Origin: Edaphobacter aggregans
GTDB lineage: Bacteria; Acidobacteriota; Terriglobia; Terriglobales; Acidobacteriaceae
Length of the DNA stretch: 32,000 nt
Assembly (NCBI RefSeq): GCF_003945235.1
Contig: NZ_RSDW01000001.1
Location: forward strand, 5,790,001 to 5,822,000
Direction: 5' to 3'
A model generated the notes under the pieces. It was not told the origin of the DNA. It worked only from the letters and a program-made list of their open reading frames with translations, and did no database searches. Every line of letters begins with the position of its first letter. The stretch's first letter is position 1. A program made the position numbers and the translations under genes. This document shows positions 16,922 to 24,114 of the stretch, piece by piece.

Positions 16922-16937
16922 CTAGGGAAATCCCTAA
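16922..16937 (-). promoter_or_regulatory. Palindromic box copy F (gene-sense TTAGGGATTTCCCTAG, 15/16), upstream of the OmpA-family gene
   Basis: It abuts TTGCTA (16921-16916). A 17-nt spacer follows, then AAACAT (16898-16893). The start codon is at 16808. Confidence 0.6.
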
Positions 16938-17083
16938 AGCGCGAGGATCAAGATGAATCGTAACTGATCCCGTCGCCCGTTCCTGTTGTCTGATTGCGAC
17001 TTAGTTGATCGGCAGATACGTATGCTGACCATCACCCGCTTGTTACGCGAAATTCTACTCACAGCACGCGTAACGCTCGGACG

Positions 17084-17099
17084 CTAGGGATTTCCCTAG
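17084..17099 (+). promoter_or_regulatory. Palindromic box copy G (CTAGGGATTTCCCTAG, perfect 7-bp arms), upstream of DUF4136-DUF481
   Basis: It abuts TTGTAG (17100-17105). A 17-nt spacer follows, then TAGAAA (17123-17128). The start codon is at 17256. Confidence 0.6.
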
Positions 17100-17255
17100 T
17101 TGTAGCTCTGGACTGTTTACTTTAGAAAAACAATTGAGAATTTACTGCTCCGACTGCGAGACAGAAAAGCCTGCGGTAGCTTGATTAGACCCAACCGCAG
17201 CCACGAGAGACGCGATGGGTCGCTAATTACTGCAATCGAGAGAGGAGAACAGCGA

Positions 17256-17816
17256 ATGAAGAAGCTAATTCTGTTGGCATTCGTTTCATTTTTCATGAGC
17301 ACTAGTTGGGTGGCGGCGCAAGATGTGCGTTATAACTTCGACAACAAAGCCGACTTCACGGCATTCAAGACCTATAAGTGGGTTGAAATTAAAGGGGCCG
17401 ATCATGCGAATCAATTGGTAGATAAGCAGATTAAAGACGCTTTAGATGCCGAACTGGCGACAAAAGGCCTACAGAAGACCGACTCGGACTCGGCCGACCT
17501 TTACATTGCATACCAAACTGCCATTGGTTCGGAGAAGCAGTTCACGTCCTTCAACACGGGATGGGGCTATGGCCCGGGTTGGGGTGGCGGCTGGTATGGC
17601 GGAGGCATGAACTCAGGCATGACCACAGGTTCAACGTCGACGATCTATGTTGGGCAATTGGTTGTTGATATGTACGAACCGGCTAAGAAAGATTTGGTTT
17701 GGCGTGGCACCGCTAGCAAAACCCTTGATCCGAAGGCGAAACCAGAAAAACAGCAAAACAACCTCACGAAGGCTGTTAAGAAACTCCTAAAGAACTATCC
17801 GCCGAAGCCAAAATAG
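17256..17816 (+). CDS. DUF4136 domain exported protein
   Basis: I prefer the ATG at 17256 (GAGAGGAGAA upstream). The signal peptide is MKKLILLAFVSFFMSTSWVAA-QD, with no lipobox Cys. The domain begins DVRYNFDNKADFTAFKTYKWVE. There is a Gly/Trp-rich insert, GWGYGPGWGGGWYGGG. Confidence 0.8.
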   Translation: MKKLILLAFVSFFMSTSWVAAQDVRYNFDNKADFTAFKTYKWVEIKGADHANQLVDKQIKDALDAELATKGLQKTDSDSADLYIAYQTAIGSEKQFTSFNTGWGYGPGWGGGWYGGGMNSGMTTGSTSTIYVGQLVVDMYEPAKKDLVWRGTASKTLDPKAKPEKQQNNLTKAVKKLLKNYPPKPK

Positions 17817-17952
17817 AGTGTTTCAGGCAAGGAATGTCCAGGACTTATTCGTTTCGTTGCGGTCGCATTCAGCTGATGGATCATTGGCATACCGCGGGAA
17901 TGCGCAGATGGGCCTGTATGGAGCGATGGTGGGAATGTTTCTACTCAACGCT

Positions 17953-19008
17953 ATGAAGATTGCAGCCGTAACTCTCTCCTGCGCACTTCTCGTGACTACC
18001 TCTCTTTTTGCGCGCGACAAGTCAGACGTGCTCGTCATGAACAACGGCGACCGCTTTACCTGTGAGATCAAATCCCTTGACGCGAGCGTGCTCTATGTCA
18101 GCTTCGATTACATAGACGGCACAGCCTCGGTTGATTGGTCTAAAGTGCGTCGCGTGGAAAGCAAGCAGTTGTTTTTCGTAAAAACTCAGGATGGTTCAGT
18201 TTACACTGGAACGCTCTCCACAGTGATGGACGGAGGAGCCCGGCCAGTGCAAATCAAAGTAGCGGAGAAGCCAGAGACAAACATAGTGCTCGAACAGCAA
18301 AAGGTCGTGGCCATTAATCAGACATCGGACCGTTTTTGGCAGCGATTCAACGGCAGCATCAACTCGGGGCTGATTTACTCCAAGGGCAATCAGACGACTC
18401 AATTCACTTTTGGAACGCAAGCCCAATATCCTCGAGAGCGGTGGCGCGCAGGCGCGTCTTTCAATTCCACACTTTCAGGAAGCACCGGGGCTACCACTTC
18501 TACCCGCAACGACGGATCGCTATATGCCCGCCATCTTTTGAACTGGAACAATTGGTTTTATACCGGCGTTGGCAACTTTCTGCAAAGCTCGGAGCAGAAC
18601 ATCCAACTTCAGTCGAATCTTGGTGGGGGTGTCGGTCGCTATTTGAAGAACACTAATCATGCGATCATTGCTCTGACCGGCGGCCTCGCATGGCAGAACA
18701 CGAGATACGATCAATCCGCAGAACTGCCAGGGGCGCAAAACGTTGCCGCTGTACTGGTCGCTGCAGATGTAGAATTGTTCAAATTCGACAAGACGAATCT
18801 GACGATCCGGGGCAGTGTTTTCCCTGCTATTTCGGAGCCTGGACGTGCCTTCACTAGCACCAACATGACCTACTACGTAAAATTTTGGGGCAACTTCACC
18901 TGGAACCTATCCTTCTACGGTAACTGGGACAATCAGCCGCCGGCTCATCTCTCCGGCTCCGACTACGGGGCCAGTTCAGGACTCGGCTGGACGTTCGGCA
19001 ATCCATAG
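17953..19008 (+). CDS. DUF481 (YdiY-like) outer-membrane beta-barrel protein
   Basis: The ORF is open from 17818. The start is uncertain. I chose the ATG at 17953 because it gives the signal peptide MKIAAVTLSCALLVTTSLFA-RD. The N-terminal segment DVLVMNNGDRFTCEIKSLD is typical of DUF481. The rest is beta-strand-rich and ends GLGWTF-like. Confidence 0.75.
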   Translation: MKIAAVTLSCALLVTTSLFARDKSDVLVMNNGDRFTCEIKSLDASVLYVSFDYIDGTASVDWSKVRRVESKQLFFVKTQDGSVYTGTLSTVMDGGARPVQIKVAEKPETNIVLEQQKVVAINQTSDRFWQRFNGSINSGLIYSKGNQTTQFTFGTQAQYPRERWRAGASFNSTLSGSTGATTSTRNDGSLYARHLLNWNNWFYTGVGNFLQSSEQNIQLQSNLGGGVGRYLKNTNHAIIALTGGLAWQNTRYDQSAELPGAQNVAAVLVAADVELFKFDKTNLTIRGSVFPAISEPGRAFTSTNMTYYVKFWGNFTWNLSFYGNWDNQPPAHLSGSDYGASSGLGWTFGNP

Positions 19009-19178
19009 GGACTTCGAGCAACCGAACAAACTTCGAATGAAGACTCATCAGTATGAGCAAGAGGCTTTCTATCTTGTCGCCTGCGCGAAACGTTATATTG
19101 AGATGACAAACCGCTTCGCGAGCTATAGCGCTTTGGCGTTCGCGATATCGAGGAGTGCCCTCTCGCTCAAGCGAAAAT

Positions 19179-20156
19179 CTACTCCGAAAGCTCCGGATAG
19201 AGTAGACGCGATCGGCCCATCCAGAAGCTATTGCTCCTGCGTGTGAGCGGCCCTGGAGAGCGGCCGTATAACCGGGCCTCGGCCTCATGAAAAGGACCGA
19301 CAAAACGCACAGAGCGGGGAACGCCCGGATATAGCAGAGGCAACAGGCGAGTAGCCGACCGCAATGCCTTTTCTTCCCGTGCGCCGAAGGATAGCTCAAA
19401 AGCGGTACGGAGTCGCGGCGGCATCCAAAAGGCGGTGAGTGCTCGATACCAGCACGGAGGACGAACCCAGGTGCCGGCACCGGACAGAATACTGTGGCCC
19501 AACAAGCGCGCGTTCTCGTCAACGCCCAACAGCGGCGATTCGATCATCTGTGCGGTGTATCGGACAAACGCGGACCAGTCCGTGGGGAGTGCCCCTGCGG
19601 GTATGCCAAAAAGCGCAGCTATTCGCTTGCTCTCACAGTAGTACTGCTCACGCTCATCTGACGAAAGCGGCGGCAGGACAAATTCGTAAGCCAAAATAGC
19701 ACTCTCGGCCAGGGTAGCGTAGACCCAGCAGAGTGCCTTGATTTCATTAGCTTCGTAATGCTCGCCGAGCGGGCGAGCCCCGACTGCATGAGGCAATTCA
19801 CCGCTGATGCCAGTATGAAGCTGGTAGACCCGTCTGGACGCTGCGATGGCTTGTGCGCGGCTACCGAATAGCATCGTGTAGATCACGCGAAAGGTTGAGT
19901 GAAAACGACCGATGGCATCGTTCATCAGGTTGGAGTGATGGAGGAGCGAAGCCGCAACCCAAGGGTGAGCTAATTGCAATAAAGCCGCACGCCCGGCACC
20001 GAGAAAGATGGCAGATTCTCGGTTCACTCGCCAAGTCACTGAATTTGGCCCGAAGAAACCGCAGCGAGGACCACCGGGTAGTTGTTCGAGTTCGGAAATC
20101 TGTTGCTCAATGTCTCCGTGGGAGACATACTGCGGAGATTCGCTTTCAGACATCAT
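19179..20156 (-). CDS. DUF2236 / MpaB-type oxygenase family protein
   Basis: Motifs are SVTWRVNRESAIFLGAGRAALLQLAHPWVAASLLHHS and RRVYQLHTGISG. There is no signal peptide. It lies directly downstream of the porin paralog on the same strand. Confidence 0.8.
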   Translation of the reverse strand: MMSESESPQYVSHGDIEQQISELEQLPGGPRCGFFGPNSVTWRVNRESAIFLGAGRAALLQLAHPWVAASLLHHSNLMNDAIGRFHSTFRVIYTMLFGSRAQAIAASRRVYQLHTGISGELPHAVGARPLGEHYEANEIKALCWVYATLAESAILAYEFVLPPLSSDEREQYYCESKRIAALFGIPAGALPTDWSAFVRYTAQMIESPLLGVDENARLLGHSILSGAGTWVRPPCWYRALTAFWMPPRLRTAFELSFGAREEKALRSATRLLPLLYPGVPRSVRFVGPFHEAEARLYGRSPGPLTRRSNSFWMGRSRLLYPELSE

Positions 20157-20202
20157 GTCTGCTTAGATGCGGAGATCAGTCAACTCATCATGGTCTACCT
20201 CC

Positions 20203-21771
20203 TTAGAACGCCATCTCCAAATTTGAATGGAATACAAATCCGTGACCTCCCACTGTGAACGGAGCAGATGAATAACCCACGGGAGAGTTATAGAGGTACA
20301 GCCCCTCGGTGTTCCACCGAAGAACTCTGTTCTTCCAGGGAAACCAGTTCATTCCTGCACGAACATCCCATGGATGCCCGTACTTGCCGAAGACCGTCGA
20401 CCCGCCTAAGTACAACTGAAAAGTTTTGGGCACCACCATGGTCGATGTTTGCAGTTGAAAGCCATGGTCGAAGATTTGAGACAGACCAGCGGTGCCGGGA
20501 CCAACGAAGTTGTTTAGCCATCGAAAGTAATACTCACCCTCTACTGCATACCCGTGATACTTCACTCCACTGTCGACAGAGGTCATATGATAATTCACAT
20601 CGTTGACCGTGATGCCTGGCCCAAATAGGTTGGGCGTAAAAATAATGCTTCCGTCCGTAAGCCGGATTTGTGTGTTTGCGAACTGATCGGTGTTCGGCTG
20701 GCTCTGCTTGGTCTCATGGCTCGTCGTAAAGTGAACCCCCAAACGAGTCGCGACACTTTCGTGATGTTCAAAATCGCCAAAGCCCCCTCCAAATTCGCCG
20801 GTCGAGGGAGCCCAGACCAGCGCGGTTGACACAGTGTTAAGTCCATTGTCGAGCTGGAGCGCGCCCACGCCGAGTTGGCTCAGGTTATTGCCAAGCATGA
20901 CCTGATATCTCAGTTTGTTGGTGATCAGACCTTTGGCCCAGATTCCGGACGTGTAAGAGGGCCGGAAAAACTCGTCTGCGATTTGGCGGGTGTCCACGCT
21001 AAGCCAATTAGGAAAGTTGCCTTCAAGGGTCCGCACACCTGGCAGGGCGTTAATGCCGCCAGACAGAGTGATGTATTTATTGAAGGTATAGTTCAGGTTC
21101 CCGGCGACCACCACCTGAGCACCTTGACCCTGTGAGGCATTTGAAGTCCATGTGTAGAGGAAGTAGCGAAACTTGGGATTCATGAGCCAGCCGAGAAACT
21201 TCAACTGAACCTTCAGGATCTGAAAGTTGTTCTGCTTTATGACTGAGTTGACATTGCCAAAGTAGTTGGTACTCGAATCGGCGAGTCCCAGTTGGTTGAG
21301 GTAGCGCACATAGGAATAGAGGCTTATGTTCATATCTCCATAATTGGTGTCCGCAACCTTGAAGCCTAGTTGGGGCGTGTAGGTGCCCCACTTCCTTCCG
21401 GCCTCCGCAATCGTCTGGGTATCGGCAGGGCGATTAGATTCACCAGATGCCGGGATGGAAGCTACGGCTGAGGTGAGTACCTGTGGTTCCGCAGCTTGGC
21501 TGGATTCCGGAACTTTACCCGATGGCGTAACAAGTCTCTGGCGCAGAACTTGAATCTGATCAATCAGTTCTTCATTCTGTTTTTCGAGTTGCTTGTTTTG
21601 TTCGACTAACTGGTCAACTTTATTGAGGATGTCCGACGTACTCTGCGCCTGCCTGTTTGCGACGTTCGCCCCATTCGGCTGAGATTGGGCGTTTACAGCA
21701 CTCGTCCAACTCGCCAAAAGAGCCAATGTCAGAAGAGAATGCCGTGTTGCTCTGCTAAATAGCTGTTTCAC
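20203..21771 (-). CDS. Outer-membrane beta-barrel (porin-like) with N-terminal coiled coil; paralog of 3846-5501
   Basis: The start is GTG with GAGGAGG 5 nt upstream. The signal peptide ends at VNA-QS. The coiled-coil segment is LNKVDQLVEQNKQLEKQNEELIDQIQVLRQRL. The barrel body is collinear with the 3846-5501 product and ends ...FHSNLEMAF. Confidence 0.8.
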   Translation of the reverse strand: MKQLFSRATRHSLLTLALLASWTSAVNAQSQPNGANVANRQAQSTSDILNKVDQLVEQNKQLEKQNEELIDQIQVLRQRLVTPSGKVPESSQAAEPQVLTSAVASIPASGESNRPADTQTIAEAGRKWGTYTPQLGFKVADTNYGDMNISLYSYVRYLNQLGLADSSTNYFGNVNSVIKQNNFQILKVQLKFLGWLMNPKFRYFLYTWTSNASQGQGAQVVVAGNLNYTFNKYITLSGGINALPGVRTLEGNFPNWLSVDTRQIADEFFRPSYTSGIWAKGLITNKLRYQVMLGNNLSQLGVGALQLDNGLNTVSTALVWAPSTGEFGGGFGDFEHHESVATRLGVHFTTSHETKQSQPNTDQFANTQIRLTDGSIIFTPNLFGPGITVNDVNYHMTSVDSGVKYHGYAVEGEYYFRWLNNFVGPGTAGLSQIFDHGFQLQTSTMVVPKTFQLYLGGSTVFGKYGHPWDVRAGMNWFPWKNRVLRWNTEGLYLYNSPVGYSSAPFTVGGHGFVFHSNLEMAF

Positions 21772-22470
21772 TCTAACCTCCTCACGTGATTCCTTGGGTG
21801 ATGTTTAAATCGTCTCGGCGATGTTCTCCAATCCAAGTGTCAACAATGCAACCCGCTGGCTAAAGTCAGCGTGGAGTTACCTTGGGCGGCCACGCTCCTG
21901 CTCTTGTGCATTGATCGAAGAATTGAATTTGGTGATTTGGATTTCTTGTTAGGTTGTAAGTAATCATTGCGACGGCAAGATGCTCTCGCTCACCTCGGGG
22001 AGGGTTAGGATGTTCTTGCGGGCCGGACTTTCCGATGAGGCGTATGGAGCCCCGATAATCGAGACTAACGACACGAAACAAACCCAAACAATATTGGAGC
22101 GCCATCGGCCGAAAGTGGCTTCCTGACATGCTGCAACGGTGTCCGAGCATAGTCCTCTCAGAACGGTAGAGACGTATACGTTGGCCCGTTAAATACCCTT
22201 TACGCTACTTTACGCCCGTTTCAAACTTAGCCCGCCTCCACAAGTGCCACATGGTAATCACTTACGAAACATGGGTCGTTTCAACAGATAGAAAGGTAGC
22301 TGTATAACAACTCAGGTGCGATGAAGATTACTCTCAGCCGCCTCAACATAGAAAAAGTGACTGCAACCCTTCTCTCCAATCAGGACCTGGATCGTGGCAT
22401 CGTGGATTACCAAAGGCGGGATGGTCTATGGGTTTGTAGCGGCATCGCTGCAACACAGTAAAATAGTCTT

Positions 22471-22890
22471 ATGACCATCAAAACCACCGGCTACACCGAC
22501 GACCACGCCAAAGCCGGCCTCGATACTACGTTTCCAGCAATCGAAACTTGGCAGAACCAGTTCAAAGCCTACGAAATCCTCGTCGACGATCCTGAGTTCA
22601 CCAGCGTCTGCCCCAAGACCGGCCTGCCCGACTTCGGCCGCCTCACCATCCGTTACATGCCTCGTGAGCGCTGCATGGAGTTGAAATCCCTCAAGGAATA
22701 CCTCTTCGTCTACCGCAACCTCGGCATCTTCCAGGAAAACATCGTCAACCAGGTCCTCGACGATGTAGTCAAAGCGACCGACCCTGTCTGGGCCAAAGTA
22801 GTAGGCGACTTCCGCCCCCGCGGAGGCATCTCGACCATCGTCGAAGCCTTCTATCCTCGCCCCAAAGATTCCAAAGGCCCCCGCCCCTAG
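22471..22890 (+). CDS. queF: NADPH-dependent 7-cyano-7-deazaguanine reductase
   Basis: 139 aa. It carries the QueF type I signature EFTSVCPKTGLPDFG, followed by SLKEYLFVYRN and ISTIVE. Confidence 0.92.
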   Translation: MTIKTTGYTDDHAKAGLDTTFPAIETWQNQFKAYEILVDDPEFTSVCPKTGLPDFGRLTIRYMPRERCMELKSLKEYLFVYRNLGIFQENIVNQVLDDVVKATDPVWAKVVGDFRPRGGISTIVEAFYPRPKDSKGPRP

Positions 22891-22974
22891 CGGATTTCGA
22901 TTGAAACCGGCATCGAGATAGGTCAGACTACGGGAGCACGTTGCTCAACCTGTATCTCCACTCCGTATCGAGAG

Positions 22975-23793
22975 GTGATTTCGTTGACCCCAACCCTCCG
23001 TACCATTGCACTATCTCTCTTGCTGTCCAGCCCTGCCGTTCTTATCGCTCAACCACCCGGCTTCACCAACAATCCTTACACTGCGACGAAGAAGACGACC
23101 ATTGTTCAAAAGCTTGCGAACGGCACGACCATCACCCTCGTGAACACAACGACGGAAGCGCGCGACTCTCAGGGTAGAACCATGCAGCAGCATTCAATCC
23201 AAGGACCAGCCGGACGAGAGACCATCAACACCTTCGTTACGGATCCAATTGCTCGCACAACGACGATATGGTTATCTACCAGCAAACAAGCCACAAGGAC
23301 GTACTTGCTGGAGCCTAGGCGGATGCAACCGCCATCAGGATCATCGATGGGCAATGGATCCGTCTCGGGTAATGTCTCCGGCATAGGAGCCGTCGAACCT
23401 TCATCAACTGCGGTTCTGATTACAGGCAGTCTAGGAAGCAGTGCAGGAATTGGAGGGTACACAGGCGATCCCAACCTCCGTCCCACAACTCAGACGGAGA
23501 AATTGGGAGGCAAATCAATCGCCGGAGTCTACACCGAAGGGATAAGAACCACCGTTACATATCCAACGGGCTCCTTCGGAAATGACAGGCCGATTGTCGT
23601 CTTGAATGAGAGATGGACATCTCCCGATTTGAAGATCATCGTCCTGACCATCAATGACGACCCTCGCAGCGGCACGCAGACAACCGAGATAACGGATCTC
23701 AACCGCGCCGAACCCGACCCGGCGCTCTTTCAGGTTCCGGAGGGTTACACCATCAAGGACCAATATCCCGGATCGAACTTGAGCGTGAGATAG
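22975..23793 (+). CDS. Exported hypothetical protein
   Basis: The signal-like N-terminus is LRTIALSLLLSSPAVLIA-QP. The sequence is Thr/Ser/Gly-rich and ends ...FQVPEGYTIKDQ. The start is ambiguous. GTG at 22975 has no spacing to a GAGAG. TTG at 22984 has GAGAGG 8 nt upstream. Confidence 0.6.
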   Translation: MISLTPTLRTIALSLLLSSPAVLIAQPPGFTNNPYTATKKTTIVQKLANGTTITLVNTTTEARDSQGRTMQQHSIQGPAGRETINTFVTDPIARTTTIWLSTSKQATRTYLLEPRRMQPPSGSSMGNGSVSGNVSGIGAVEPSSTAVLITGSLGSSAGIGGYTGDPNLRPTTQTEKLGGKSIAGVYTEGIRTTVTYPTGSFGNDRPIVVLNERWTSPDLKIIVLTINDDPRSGTQTTEITDLNRAEPDPALFQVPEGYTIKDQYPGSNLSVR

Positions 23794-23804
23794 CGGAGAC
23801 TCCA

Positions 23805-24077
23805 ATGAAGTGGTACCACTACCTCGACTGCTACTTGGCCGGAGTCTTTCTCATCCACATAGTCCCGCACATCATGAACGGCATAAGCCTGATGAACGTC
23901 CTCGGCATCGTCGTCAGCCTGGGGGGAGGCTGTCTACTTCTATGGGCGGGCAAATTCTCGTTCAAAGATCCGCTGGCAGTCATCCTGCTTCTGGCCGGCG
24001 CAGCCTCCGTGCTGATCTTCAACACGATGCATCATCACCACCCGCACCTTCACACAACAGCACCTTCAACCGACTGA
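23805..24077 (+). CDS. Small membrane protein (about 3 TM) with a His-rich tail
   Basis: GGAGAC lies 5 nt before the ATG. The hydrophobic segments are LAGVFLIHIVPHI, VLGIVVSLGGGCLLLWA and AVILLLAGAASVLIF. The tail is MHHHHPHLH. Confidence 0.55.
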   Translation: MKWYHYLDCYLAGVFLIHIVPHIMNGISLMNVLGIVVSLGGGCLLLWAGKFSFKDPLAVILLLAGAASVLIFNTMHHHHPHLHTTAPSTD

Positions 24078-24114
24078 ACCCGGCGGGGCATCGCACACAG
24101 CCTGAACCGCACAT

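Noticed and set aside
18896-19522. 208-aa - strand ORF overlapping the DUF481 end and the DUF2236 gene
   Set aside because: It is out of frame with the well-supported DUF2236 ORF, has Arg/Cys/Pro-rich composition and has no SD.
22380-22470. preQ1 riboswitch upstream of queF
   Set aside because: Only a 4-bp AGCG/CGCT hairpin is present. There is no preQ1-I-like stem with a CCC and A-rich tail. The segment is also covered by a 46-codon ORF.
21772-22470. tRNA gene or integrase marking an island boundary
   Set aside because: There is no cloverleaf-compatible sequence and no GGTTCGAATCC-type T-arm. The LGH... start of the 94-aa ORF only superficially resembles a tyrosine-recombinase C-terminus and lacks the R/H/Y context.
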